The notes: generated by a model not told the origin, from the letters alone. A stretch of 64,000 nt of DNA from Basidiobolus meristosporus CBS 931.73 (GCA_002104905.1 MCFE01000510.1:1-64000); one strand, 5' to 3'. Shown: positions 35,555-49,505, numbered from the stretch's first letter. Numbers and translations: made by a program.

Positions 35555-36549
35555 CAGTGTTACCACTCTCTTAATATCCCCAAATAGCAAAGTCGCAAAA
35601 CAAACAGAGTATAATCAGCTAATCAAAAGGTTTCATGCAAGTACCTTGGTTTTTTCCACTGCCGCATTCCTTTAGTAATTCGTTTTCACTGTTAGTAGCA
35701 ACCAAATATAGTCAGAGCTCTCCAAAACCTCTTTCGGCAGAGTGCCAACAAACAAGCGGCAGCGTCAGCATTTCCCATGTGCTACCCGATACAAACACGC
35801 CAAATAAACAACATTAGAGTGTGTTTGTTACCCAACGATCGATTATACACGCACCAAACGGTATAAAACGAAATCTTCTCGATCTCATCGTTGCTATGCA
35901 TAAATTGGCCATTGCAATCCAACTAGTTACAGGAGGTGCATGCTAACGCTTCATCCTATCCTACTTCGCCAACCAAATATCAAGGACTATTTGTCGGCCA
36001 AGAGATGGTGCTACAACGACCCCAGTGTAGTCGGAGGTTTTCAATATCAGAGATATGTATGCATGGGTATCAAGTACACTCATTCATGACTATTCCCCAA
36101 GCCAACTTGGGATGGATGATTTGTAAGGCGCATATCAATACCTCAAATAGATATCTAGTTACCGACTAATTTCATGGCGATTTCCATATTTGAGACGGAT
36201 GCTCTTCAATCACTGGATTTTCCGGGATTCCATGGTCGACCCACCCTTTATCCAACATTTATTTCCCTGTGCCGTTCTCTGGCTGATTCCTTCCTTCCCC
36301 GATTCTATATATTTCCAAGAGGACGGGCTGTTTTCCGCCATATATCCATACTTCTTTGTAAATTCCGCCTGGTTTCTTTGTTTTGATCCTCTCACAGGGC
36401 ATATAACTTCTCAGTGTCCATCGTGCTCTCATTCTACTTTTCCTTTTCCATCCCCGAACTCGCTCTTCTACTTTGTTTTTTCCTTTGTTCATCCAAAGAC
36501 TTTTCCAACCACACCACCCAACTCAACGAGGATACGCTCTAGTGAAACA

Positions 36550-37268
36550 ATGTCCTTAAGGCGAACCCTAACTAACCCCAGCTCCGACGAATTAAATGAG
36601 AAGCTTTTACCCCCAACACCTACGACCAGTGCGACAACAATTAGCAACCAGGAATTAAACACCGAGAATACCAGGTTTTCGGACTTGGTCATATTTGAAG
36701 AGCGGCTTAAAACTCACAAGCAGCATCTTAAACGTGAACGCCGACGGATTGAATGTGAGTTCCACGTCTAGCCAGCTCCGTCTGGAAGTCCCACCTTGCT
36801 AACATGCTACATTGTATAGCCCTGTTTTTGGTGTTGGTTTTGGCGGTAGCTTATTTCGCCACAGCCATTATCTTTTATCCATCTAAGGTATGGATTTCAA
36901 CCAGACTCGTTTGCCTCCCTCCCTCCTACTGACATGAATGTCTGATAGAATGAGACCTTACACCTCGTAAACAAATTCTCCTTAGTCATAGCTGGAGCAT
37001 TGTCACTATATGTATATCACAGTGATCGTAGAGGCAATGAAAATAGGTAACAGCTTCCTTGCTCCATACACCCTGTATGTGTCGATGATTTACGGCTCGA
37101 GTCTGCAGATTTGTTCCGCAATGTAACCGGGTTTTGGAAACGTATGGTTTGCAACTTCAAGACGAAAGCGAAGAACTTAGCTTCAGCCAATTCGTTCCGT
37201 ACTCTCTGCAACTTGGCTACGAGGGCTACAAGCAGACATTGAGAATGAGAAGAGCTATCAAGAACTAA
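36550..37268 (+). CDS. SPO7: Spo7-like regulatory subunit of the Nem1-Spo7 phosphatase, 4 exons
   Basis: DLVIFEERLK...KRERRRIE, two hydrophobic segments, then RFVPQCNRVL...; introns begin at 36755, 36888 and ~37047. Confidence 0.85.
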
Positions 37269-37797
37269 CCAAAACCGCAGACACAGGAAGCTCGCCTACG
37301 AACTTATTCGCAAGCATTCAACTGTTCCTTCTTCCTACTTATTATGAATAGCCATTTATTGGTGTGTTGGCATCTATATATTCGATCCTTAATAGTTCAT
37401 GTATCACCTAATTCACGCCAACACAACCCATCTCTCAGCCATGTTCCCCGCCTTTCGCAAACATTTACCCAAACATCAGCTAACCGTGATCCTCGATGGT
37501 TGATTCCCTAATTTTTTTCGCCACTGCGAAGCAGTTCGTGAAAGAGCTATCTGCTGTATCCACATATCCTAACGTTTCCAATTAAATCGATCGACTGAAT
37601 CCAAAATGATCAGGTCTAGGTGCACGCGGTAGAAAGTAGTTCCCCGCTTCGCCCTTGCCATCCACATGGTCTAGAAATTCCCTTCGATTGTGCGTCCCGG
37701 GACCACGCTGGCAAATCCCTTCCAACCCCATTTATTGACAATTCCCGAACTGATGCTTCGCTCGAATTCGTAGGTCTCGAGGTCTGATCTTCGCGGC

Positions 37798-38449
37798 CTA
37801 GAAGTTCAGAGCATAGCCGATCGCCTCGGAAATATCACAATCATTACAGTTACAAAGCGCATTCACCGTGGTTTTTTTATCGCTGAAATTCCAGGTACAC
37901 TCCTGGCGGTACCGGTTCCTATTGCTAGCCGAAACACAGAGATTGGCACAGTTCTGGAATGACCGACCCCCAAACGCGAAATAGTTAGTACCGAAGCATC
38001 AATCAGCCAGCCTAAGGATCGTGCTCACCCGCTTGAAGTTGTCGCAGAATTGACGGCCGTTGGACTTGATCGTTGCATTGTAGGGATAGTCTCTGTCGGT
38101 TTTACGTATGGGAGTCTTCCTGAGTGCAGTCACCGTGGCATCCGAGTTGTCGTTACAGCCGCATTGGATGTTGAATCTAGAGCCACTGCCTCTACTGCAT
38201 TGTTGGTTGCTCGCAAACGTATTGCTATGCTGACATATGGACTGGCAGTTGGAGCTATGTTCATCGAATTGCCAGTCAGCTATCTACTGGAGCAACGCAT
38301 ATTTAACCTGCCTTTAAACCGTGGCATTACCTGAAAACACCGCAAAAGATAACTGCAGCGGAAGCATCGGGGAACTCGGAGCGCGCGGTCCCTTGAGACA
38401 GGACTCCCCCGAGAAGTGCCGTGGTGAGTAAGCAGTAGTCGAGCCACAT
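37798..38449 (-). CDS. Small secreted cysteine-rich protein with two tandem 6-Cys repeats (166 aa, 3 exons)
   Basis: Exons 38449-38331, 38254-38029, 37953-37798 (501 nt); both introns have GT-AG ends and CTGAC/CTAAC branch points. Signal-like MWLDYCLLTTALLGGVLS, repeats FC-x6-C-x3-C-xn-C-xn-C-x-C-ND. Confidence 0.75.
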
Positions 38450-39430
38450 CTCTAGAAGCTTTCTGCGCCTGATGGGTTGTACTAGGAAATCGATATGGGC
38501 CAGGAAAGGTTCAACCACCGCTTCACGCCGGTACCGCCCACGAAACCCATGCTTATATAGATGATTGTGATTTGCATGACAGCCACACCGAGGTGAATAT
38601 TTCTAATGCAACGTGTCAGAAAGAGACATTTCTCTTCCCACCAGCTTGACGTGATCGCACCACGTACCCATCCCAGGAATCCACTCCATTGGTAACCGAC
38701 AACCCACCACCCATCGATTTGCACAGATTCCAGACATTGTTTCAACGTCGATTCTTGCCCAGAATACAGACGCTAGGAAATTACTTCGAACGACCGGTGC
38801 TGGCTCTGATTGAGTGGATTTTTGTTTGAGAATGATTGAACAATGTAAAAACACGTACAGAACAAACGAAAGGGAGGGAACAGTAGTGAAGAAAAGGGAA
38901 CTGCCGAGTGGGTGGGGCGAGTCTGGGGACAGGCGAGAAACGATACATCCGTGAAGGCGTTCCCGTTTGATAGGGACTGCTGGTTGAGTGGCAAGTGATT
39001 GGGCTGTCGGTTGCTCGGTTATGAAAGCTATTTAAGGGGATGTTGAACAACGCAAACGACCGAACCAATAGAGGCGCAAGCAAGAGTTGTAGTGAAGAAG
39101 GATAAGAATAATGGTTCGATTAAGGTAAGTGTGTGAGACGAATACATTCTGGTGAAGGCCTCGATGTCAAGAGTATCTTGGATCTTGGCAGCCAGGACCA
39201 GTGGAAACAACTTGAATTACACTGCAAGATAGAATCTTAAATGAAGTGGCAAGTACAGGTTACAGAAATCGTGGTGAACTTGGGTGAAAAGGGGGATGGA
39301 TGGAAGGAAGGGGAACGAGAGACTTGGTCTGGGATGCTTTTCGCAGTGAGGATATGAATGGCGGAATCTCGACGAGTCACTCAGCTGAGTAACGAACAGC
39401 CAAGTCATAACTGCTGCACAACACCCCGCA

Positions 39431-41513
39431 TCACTCCTTGTCTAGATCCTCTTTGACCTGCATTTTCTCTATTCCTTCAGCAACCTGGTCAGTGGAGGCT
39501 TTGTCGTCGGTATGGAATCCAGCTACTTCATGTATTCCGTTCCCAGCCCCCTCGTACATGTTGGACCGAACAGGGTAGTATCCCATGCGTGGTTGGAACC
39601 CTTGCATGTATTGAGGATGCTGTCCATACTGAGGAAGCATCATGGGTCCCCCTTGCGGATACCTCTCCATCCCATTCTCGTGGTAGTATCCTGCCATGAC
39701 GGGGACTGGCTGCTGAGGAAGTTGAGCAACATCCAGCCCTGAGCTGGATGAGTCCGTAGCCAAAAGATGTTCAGGCGTCAGAGGCGACGGGGGGCCGTTC
39801 TAACAATGCCCAGCAGATTAGCTACTGGTGAAGGTGTGTAGTCAGGTGGCGAATGAACATTACCATTCCCGAGAATTCCCCACGAGCCCACACTCGCTTC
39901 TTGGTGGTTTGCCCTTTGAGCTTCTTCTGAGCCATAGAGTCAGCAAAACGAACCTGTAATGGAAGGTGAGAGCCTGGGAGCACAACGCCGTTGAATTTTT
40001 GAATGATCGACAAGGCCGAGTCGCGATCGGACATTCTATCCCGCCATAGCAGCCAATTAGCAACCATCCAATCAAGTAAGACGCAGTTTGGAGCATAGCA
40101 TTAGATCGGCCAAGCGGCCTTGCTACTACTCTTACCTGGCAAATCCGACCCCACGGCTTACACCGCTCTGGTCACGCAGAATACGATTCGACACAATCTC
40201 ATATGGGTGGAAAAGCTCCTCCAATTGCTGCCAAGAACCGACCCCAGTGGTTAGAAAGCAAGCTATGGCTAGTGAAAGGGGTGGCACCTACCGATTCAGA
40301 CATGTCCAGTGGTAGATTCGACATGTATATGTTTGTCGAGTGGGCGTCTTGTAGATTCTTGAGACGTGCGCTGAACGACTCCTGCGGGGGACCGGTAATG
40401 CAATGGTTAGCTCATCCGCTCAACGCATTATGGTCTTTCCGGATCTCAAGAACCGGGTGCGAGAAGGACAAAAAAGCAGCATAGGGTTTGCTGGAGATGT
40501 ACGGGATATTACCTTCGCAAATGAGACCTGATAACCCTTGCTATTTAGGTCATCGATCGCAGCCTGCGATTGCTCCAGATTTTCATACATGACGAAGCCA
40601 TACCCTTTGCAGGTGCCGGTTTTCTGGTCAATGATGGCCTTGGAAGATACAATGTTGCCGTAGCTAGAGTGCGGGTGAAGGAATGGGGTGATTAGCTGCT
40701 TCTGGGGGTGATACGGGATGGCATTGCTCTGTAGTCAAGAGCCCAAAGGGTTAAATACCTCATACACATATGATACAGAGTTTCATCGGTGGTATTTTGG
40801 GTCAACCCTTTGATGTATATGTTGGTTGTCTTGGTGGAAGAATGAACCGAACCGTATTGCGAGCCGAAACGCTTCCCTTGAGAACTGTGTCTGGAAGGAC
40901 GACCTGCACTTCCCAAAGTAGGGGACAGGGGCTGCATAAGTGGAGAGCTGGATGTAGAGGAAACGGTGGAAAGAGTCGGCGACAGGTGCGTTGGGTGTGG
41001 TGCTGGATAAGCAGCCCCGGTGGGATAGTAATAGTAGGCAGCGGGATGGGCCATGGGGACACCGCCTGGTCTAGGTATGAACATGGCAGGTGAGCTGGGT
41101 GCATAATACATTGGCATTTGTTGGGGGGAATAAGGTGGTGATTGCTGAGGCATTGCATTGGGCACTGGGTAGCCAGCCGGCATCATTGGGTACTCAGCGT
41201 AATATTGTTGCATTGGATATTGCAAATGCATCTGATACTGTAGAAATGGGCTAGATGGGTAGGAGCCTGATTGATCTTCGGAATCGTATTCGCCCGCTGG
41301 ATAGCCCATTTCTGCCAAATTCCTGTCGCCCTCGTAATGTGTGGTGGAAGAGACATCGGGGCCGTTTTCTTCAGCGGCTTGCTCGCCGTTTCGCTCGATG
41401 TCGTTTCCCAGATGCTCGGGCGAACAAGCACTCGCCTCCAATGGCTCGGTTGCCTTAGTATGGCGCTCGCCGGCGTTGGCGTCTGGGTTGCTCTTTATTA
41501 CGGAGGAGCTCAT
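39431..41513 (-). CDS. Two-RRM RNA-binding protein, RBMS/MSSP (Shep)-like, with P/Y/Q-rich low-complexity flanks
   Basis: RRM1 TNIYIKGL...KGYGFVMY, RRM2 TNIYMSNLP...RGVGFAR, and LQVRFADSMAQKKLK. The start codon and last splice junction are uncertain. Confidence 0.85.
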
Positions 41514-44500
41514 GCGTGCAGTATCGCAAGGTGAAGATAAGGTACTGGGCGGAGCACTGGATTGGAAAATGATGTCGCTTTCTTCGATATAGTTCTTCTG
41601 ACTACGAATACAATTATTGCTGCTGATTGGAATCGACACCTGAGTCTGATATGTAGTCATGAATTGAAGAAAAGCGGGGTCTATGGTGAGGTTTTCAAAA
41701 TAACTTGGACAACCCGAATCGCACCAAACGTGGTTGTAATGTCCGTGGAAGTAATACAAGTCAAAGGTACGGCCTCAAGAAATTGAGAAGCGTAAATATC
41801 TCAAGCGAAGCCGGAGCTAAAACTGAGGAAAAGTGCAGTAAACAAGGGTGAAAGGTCGCTTATAAGACAGATTGTATATATGATACAAGAAGTGCTGGCC
41901 GTAAACAACAACTAAGGTAGGCCTGACGAGAAGGAGGTATATCAAGAAAGCGCGGACCTTGAAGTCTCAGTCCCAAGAAGGATATTTGGGATGAGCTAGC
42001 TTGACAAAACCAAATAGCAAAGGAAAGCTGCACCAAAGGTGGCCCAACAAAAAACGTAGTACAACTCAAAGTACCTAGATTTTTTAGATAAGTGAGTAAG
42101 GTCACTTTCATGGGGATAATTAGGGGAGGGGTAGGTTGGGTTTTATTAGAACAGTCCATCTCGGGTTAGATTTGGAGTACTTAGGCTTGCTGATATTGGA
42201 TGAGTGCTCTACTTGCGGTTAGTTTTGCACACTACCGCGGTACTTTACCACCGCAACCAATGACGCAGCAAGCTCAGAGATTGGGACAATGGCTGTGTTT
42301 AGGGTGTATCTCCTCTGATACCTTGGTCATCAATTATCGGGAAGCCTTGGGCGTAAAGGAGGTAAATGACCACAGTAGGTGTACTCCCTGCATAGATCAT
42401 AGGAAATGGGCTGGGAGCGGGTAATTACCAGCGGCCTCTCTCAATCGGTTGACGTAATGCCACGATCCTTCCAAGTATCCACCCTTTTCATCGATTACCA
42501 AGTGGCCATGTTACATCCGAAAATGATCAAATATAGTCGAGGATCAATAACAATAAGCACCATTCTGAATATCCTCGAATGTTCACATTGCACTAGATTT
42601 GCGAAGTTGCATACCGAATTTCCCATATCCCGGGCTCAACAAGGCAATCAACCTCACATAATGGGCTGGCTCCTTGTACAGGCGTCGAGACCGTGACGGA
42701 GATTGACGAGTGATACTAAGGCTGCGAGCACCTAAACAGCGCGAGTTCATTGGCCCTGGCCAGAGTCAGTTCATCAGCGTCAAGTCATCCCAAGATCAGT
42801 TCAGAAATCACATATGAGCCGAAACTTGCAACCTTGTAGACCGCCAGTGTCCGGTGTGAGACTTCTGGATAAGTATCGGATCTAGCAGATGCCGATAATT
42901 CGCAAGCTTAGAGCCAGCGGATCTCTCAATGGCAGTGGGGTCGTGTTTCAGGAGTGCGGTGGAACCCAGAGGATGGAGCGTGGATAAATCAACCACATGT
43001 AAGCCACAGTTCGCTGCATTCAGGAAACCGCTTGGAGGGCCGTCGCTCGGAGAAGCACGATCATATGAAAGTGCGATGAGGCGGGCCAACATGAAATCCC
43101 ATGGCTGTGTTCTGTATCTTGCCATGCATGTTTCTCTGCCACCCGCCTCTCCCTTGGATCTTGCTTGAGGTCAACCTACGAAGTTGGAGTCTCTGGAATC
43201 GTGGTAACGACAACTCATTCCTCCATTACTGGATTCGGACAAGAGGGGACAGGTAGCATTGCGATTCCACTACCAGCATTACACAACGAACTTAATCTGA
43301 GGCCATCCGTCTCCAATCATTAAACTACCAACCTTATTAATGAGTCACCAGCCATCAACACTGTTTCTTGGTGCCTCATCAGCACCCAATCTGCAAGATC
43401 AGGTTACCCGGAAGGTAGGAATGATTTGAAATGGGATTAGGGCATGCTGATGATAGATAATGGAATCTAGAACATGAGCCAATCGCTGGATACCAGGACT
43501 CATGCATATCCAACTCTATAGGAAAAAAGGTTGCAATGCAATCACAAGCCTCCTTGATCTTATCTCCTTGCCACCCAATCTATAGATCTTGGATGCTACC
43601 AGACACTACCTCAGGTATATAGATTCTTCTTTGCCATGGATCATACACATAAGAGGGCACTCTGCTATCTCTCGCATCATTCCGGAACCAGCCTACGCAC
43701 AACTCCCTCCTGACCTCCTACTGGTCAACCAAAGGGCCGCATAATACTGGCTATCTGGATGCTCTTGGGGATGCCAAGGTCGCAAGAAGTCTTTGCCCGC
43801 CATGCGTCTACGAGCTTAAAGCGTACACTTGGGGCCGATGGACTTTTCCACGCACAAGAACCCCTTATTTATCCCTGCAATAAATGTCTTCCGAATTATG
43901 TGCCGATTTCGTTAAGCTGGGTGTTGGTTATCATTATCAACGCAAGGGCAACCTCAATTTTGTATCAAGCCACACGAACTAGCGTATCAAATTGAATCGA
44001 TGGTTAGCCACCATATTTATGGAATCATCACTAACAAAACGAGCAATCCTCTTGACCGTGGAAATTCTGTACACGGCTCATCTATGTGGTCCACGTAAAA
44101 CCCACCGTGACAAGTCAGATTTATGGGATTTTTGGAAAATCTCGATGATAATTTCCTTATTAGTAGAAGCTAACTCCAAATTCGACCATTTCAAACGGTA
44201 TATTGGCCCTCAGGTCAGGTGACGCACTGTGCTAGCGATTACATTAACTAGCCCCCTCCTCAGACCAGAGATTTAAGTTAGACACGTAATTAATTGAAAA
44301 AGCATGAATGAGATCCAAGACTTTCTTGGATTCTGGAATATAGCCTTCTACTACAGAACATGCAAAGTGAATAGGCCATGGAGTAAGTTAGCCATGTAAG
44401 CTGGAGTGTGGGTAAGGAGTCTTCTGGTACATAGATTTTCAAGATACACCTGGACACTGAAGTAGTATGTTAGAATCCTGCCCTATTAGTAGATAGAGAA

Positions 44501-46287
44501 CACATCAACCCTCATTCTTCTCACTATTTGAATAGTGTGATGGACTGCAAAACATCCATGTTGTGACTTTATACTCTTATAAAAGTCAACTTCAACTGAG
44601 TCTTTATCCAAGTACCTATAACATTACCACCGGGCCACCTTAACCCCTCAAATATATACAACTCCAACGACGAATCCACACTTACTTTTCCCGTCAGAAC
44701 ACAATCTATGTGCAAATATAGCATTAGGCAGAAAAACCGCCCAGTTCTACTTGCCAATGTGCTGACCAGTACTCTAGTGATAGCTAGTATAGCAACATGA
44801 TTTGTTGAGCAAAATTGCATTTCTGACGCCTTCACTCATTGATATTTCATATGGAATACCATATTTGGCTATATGGATTTGGTCATTGGAAATAAGTGCC
44901 AAATTAGGAGACCACCGCTCACACCGCTGCATACCAGTTTCAAGCATTTTGCTTGTGGTACAAACCATGTCGTGAATCAAAGAGTTGATTCTATTACACG
45001 ATTCTTGATACTAGTAATAGAAACATACTGCATGACCTGTAAGAATGTAAGAGCACTAGGAAGAAAGCCTCGAAATAGGCGTAATTGAATGGTGGTGCTT
45101 CGAACTACGGATTCCCCTGGATTGCGAAACCAAGTTCTCTTTAGTAGTCGAACATGGTGCCGTAACGTGCAATACAATATAAAACACCATTGGTAGCAAT
45201 GGGGGGGGTGTCTCAATGTCAAAACCCATTTGGGGAGGGAAGCACTGGAAGATGAATACTGATCTAAACCTTTGAATGACTAAGTGATGGACCATCGGAG
45301 GGCCCATTATTCGTCTTAGTAATGATTATTAGAGTCATCAATCACCACAGTTTAGCAAAACCGGGTCAGACACGGTAACAACTGCTTAAAACTGGCTTGG
45401 AAATGCTGCCACGTTCAGCTATCAGTATGCGTTGATATTGGGCACTCACTCTAAATGTCTATTAGATCCTTAAACATCCTTAACAGTCAGCTGGCTAGGT
45501 CCGGTTTGCACGAAATCCTATCCCGATGGGAATATTTTGCCAGGTTTCACAGTAATTATTGTGTCTTCCCTTTTCATCCATTGTATCCTTGGTGGCCGCT
45601 TTTCTAGAGGCTTTTGGATGGAGGCCGGTCTGAATGTATTGCATTGTGGGTCTCACCTGATTGGGGAGGGGTTGGTAACACCTCCAACCATTAGGGATGG
45701 GCGAGCCGCAATCTACGCTTTGCTGGTTCCCTCTCCAAACCAAAAGCGCCTCTATGAATGTCAAGCTATGTTGGCGAAAGCGAAGCTGGGCCTAGCATCG
45801 ATGAAGTAGGTCCCCAATCGAGTCATTATAATGTCTAAATCTTATTCGAATAAACCGGAAATTAGATGGGATTCGGTTTCAAGGTGGGCAAATAGCAAAT
45901 ATTAAGGATTGTTAGTAGCAGTGAATCGGTTTCACTCTACTAGGAAATAAGAAGATTATAGCACAATACTTTTCTGTCATTCTATCCCATTCCATTGGTC
46001 GGCAAGTGTATGGCAATACCCGTTAGTAGCCCGACTGACAATCAACCAATTGGCAGGGTCGTCGAAATTATCACTGTTCATGATCCGAAGAAGAGGAGAC
46101 CAATTCAAGTCTTGTAAGACAGTTGTACTTTGCACATTCGACTGAATCAAATTGAACGTTCACTTTGAGGTGGATTTGACTCACCTCAACCAGTGTACAA
46201 CTTCTGTGAGTTGGTGGCATCTCACCATATATGGCATCCATCCAGTAATTTTGCTGATTTCTCCTCTGCGACTTCCTAGGTCACCAT

Positions 46288-46294
46288 TATATAA
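46288..46294 (+). promoter_or_regulatory. TATA box candidate for the 59-aa peptide gene
   Basis: TATATAA about 110 bp upstream of ATG 46402. Confidence 0.4.
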
Positions 46295-46401
46295 GCTGGC
46301 ATTAGGACCCACCTAGTCCTTGCACTAGTTGTTACATTCGCTTTGTATATTCACTTGTAATTAGTCAAAAACCCTCAACTTAAACCATTTCCTCTGCAGC
46401 T

Positions 46402-46581
46402 ATGTTCTCTCCTCGCTTCAACATTTTCCTGTTGGCCTCTCTCATCCTCGCCTTGGTCTTCCTTACAACAAATACCAGCGCCGCTCCCGTACCAGTTTAT
46501 GCAACTGGATTTTCCCGTGAGCAATGGAATGCACTAATTCGTCGGGAGTTTGATTGGACTTTTGAGGATATTTTATTTTAA
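46402..46581 (+). CDS. 59-aa secreted peptide precursor (signal peptide, pro-region, RR site, 11-aa C-terminal peptide)
   Basis: MFSPRFNIFLLASLILALVFLTTNTSA-APVPVYATGFSREQWNALIRR-EFDWTFEDILF*. It falls just below the 60 aa cut-off of the ORF track. Confidence 0.65.
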   Translation: MFSPRFNIFLLASLILALVFLTTNTSAAPVPVYATGFSREQWNALIRREFDWTFEDILF

Positions 46582-48826
46582 CACTCTGGATCCTTGGTGA
46601 TTGTGTTCCGCAAATGGTTCTCATTTATATCCTATTCCCTGGAGGCACCGTTAGATTCCAACTTACTACACACCTATGCTACTGATATACAAAGAAAGAA
46701 GCTTCATCCTTGAGTTGCCGTGGAGAACACCAGTAAATATTCAAAACATGGTAGACCGCCGAACGTACCATCGAATGGGAAATTCTCAGGCCACCGACAT
46801 TTTCTTCGAAATACTTTCCGTTTCCCAAACCTTCCGTAAATACTTTGTGAATGTTTCTCTACCCCCTCCCCTTTGCACATATTCCCTTTCTAACGGCAAA
46901 CCATGATTGGACAACTTCTTTCTTGCTATTTCATATCCATAAAATATCTTCCTAACCTGGTACTACCATATTGATTATCATTGGCCTGGTTTTGATACTT
47001 GAATACCTCTCGTCTGGAGCATTTGTATTCATCCCAGTTCCCACAGATTTCCAAGTAAAGTGTAATTAACCCATCCTTCGGAGCGATTTAAGCGCATGTG
47101 GATATCCACACACATGTGGAGACGGAAGGCGCAGGAAGTAGGAGCAGGCTCCGTAAGCTGTTTCCTAAACCTTGAACGATTGCTTCAAAGCGACCGAACT
47201 GAAGCTTGGTGTTGGCGGATACACCTCTGGCGATGTGGCTAAATTGACGATGTACTCCGTACAGTTTTGTTTCAAATATTGGGAAAGCCTGACTTGATTT
47301 TCCGGTCTCCAGTTTCCAAGAACCGTGGATTTAGCTTAATTAGATCATCCTACTGGCTGGCCAGCGGCAATATGAAACACTGCTGTGCTCTTCCTGAGTC
47401 AATGTTACCACGGAGTCTGCCTGGATGGAGTTTATTCGGTGAGCATTGCCAAGGAGTTGCAGTTGGTAAATTAGTTCAGAACCCGTCTTGGTTGGGAGAG
47501 AGACATAGGGCCTGTGCACTGAATGAGAAGAGATACCCATTCACATCCGCTACGGCAAGGAGCAGTGGGAATTGATTGAACAGATGCCAGCCATCCCACG
47601 TGATTCATCTGCAGCATCGACCTACCCTAGCGTTGAGTACCAGCCCGAACCAAGAAACGATCAACTGTAGGATCAAATGGACTCGCCGAATATGGGTTCT
47701 AGATGCAGGCCATATCGAAGTGAAATCCTTAAACGCCAATTCATAGAGCAGATCGAAGCATGTTTAAGGAGCTCACGCCAAAATAAGCTAGCACAAGTTC
47801 CGTTCGGAAGTGAAGTAATCAACAGACTGAAGCGCCAAAAGATATCATTGGGCAGCCTCATTACAAATACCACTCATGTTTACATACAGATCACAAGTTG
47901 GCCACATACCACAACAGGGACGTTTCGTAAGGGCATTCAGGTTTCGATGTCCTTTCAAGTTTCCACCGATTATCACAGCCTATTTTGGGGCCATCCTCCA
48001 GGTCGCTCAGTGGTCGAAATCAGCTCCATTCCGTTCCCTATTATATCACCTGTTCCCGACAGATCCTTTGTTTTGTTGTGCACCTCCACCACTCAAACAT
48101 TCAGGTTTTTAATATCGTCTCTTGCCTATATTTGTGTGCAGAATCCCTTCTTAGCTAGTATCTCTGCTTCATGTGCCATGTTACACAACCCAAAGCTGTG
48201 TCTGCACAATCCCCTCCCCCCAAGTTCCAAGTGATTTCAGACCACTAGATGTAAAACCCACAATCATGTCACTCACCACCCGGTTTTCACCATCAGATTC
48301 ATTTCAAACATTATATTAACATGTGAATAGCATTCCTTTTCCTCAAGCCATTACACTGCCAGCACCTCAATACTATTCTAGAGACTTTCAATCAACAAAA
48401 ATGGCAGGATCGCTGGTACTTCGAGTGGCACCCAAATCCCAACCCCACAGAAAAGACATCCGTGCATCTGTGGCTGCCTTCATAAACGGCTGACGTAAAG
48501 ATGTGTAGGTTGGGAAGTATTCACACATGCATGTGATGATCAGTGGCTGCTACATCGCCTTGGGATGTGGTTACTGAAAAGGAACTTGCATTTAGCATTA
48601 CAATTGATAATATTGATGCCGTATTAGGTAAAGAGGGATGGAGCATTAGTTGGAATTTTGATTTTCATATTGCTGCTTTGGCTATCTCTATACCTACGTA
48701 TACTTTACCATCAGTGGTGCAGTTGGTTGGGGTGATCTGTAGCGATGGTCCAGACATTGGAGTATATCGGGTCTTCGCATGATACTGATTGTACTTGCAA
48801 TAGATTGTGAAAATAGTTCCAGCCAT

Positions 48827-48847
48827 ATTATATATATATATATATAC
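48827..48847. repeat. (TA)n microsatellite
   Basis: TATATATATATATATATATA run. Confidence 0.9.
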
Positions 48848-49505
48848 AGCACACCCATCGTTTGCGCATTGCTTCTAAAATCCTCACCAAGTATCCATAA
48901 TTGAAGGCAGTCTGCATGGTTAACCCAATACTGACAATTCTCAATCATCTCAGCATTAAATCTTCCTGATATTTACTCACCAACATGGGCAAAGTATTCA
49001 ACATATTGGCCTCCGAATGCCAGCCAGGGTCATTGGATAAGCACGTTGTAAACAATAGTCGGGGATTCTCAGAAATTCCTGATGGTCACACTCTGGACCA
49101 TTTATATCAATGGATCGCAAGCTCCCGATTCCAGTCACGTTTGGCCCAATTCTAGCTAAAGCTACTTACAGAACATCCGAGCGCTCTATCCTCAACTGTT
49201 GACCTAAAGACATTAACTTTCACTGATGTTATGCCTTTTTTTGCTAGAGCATCAGTGCCTAAAGGTGGAGAGTAAAAGATAATCTCTAGTATTTAGTCTG
49301 TGTATTTAATACCTGCTGAAGGATGCGTATCATCTAACCATTCTCACAGTAAAGAAGGCTGCTCCTACCGGTAAAGATATAATCGGATCGGGGGCTCTTC
49401 AATATGCTGATGGAAAACTGCTTTGTATAAATGAGGCGTTTCTTATTGCTGTCGTCTAGAATAGTAATGGTACTATGATCTTTTGAATTGATGCAATAAT
49501 ATCCT

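Noticed and set aside
41514-41759. N-terminal 82 codons of ORF 40692-41759
   Set aside because: Composition differs from the rest of the protein; more likely 5' UTR upstream of the ATG at 41513.
47677-48234. 185-aa ORF
   Set aside because: No domain or signal peptide recognised and Ser/Ile/Phe-rich like non-coding sequence; cannot be supported without a database search.
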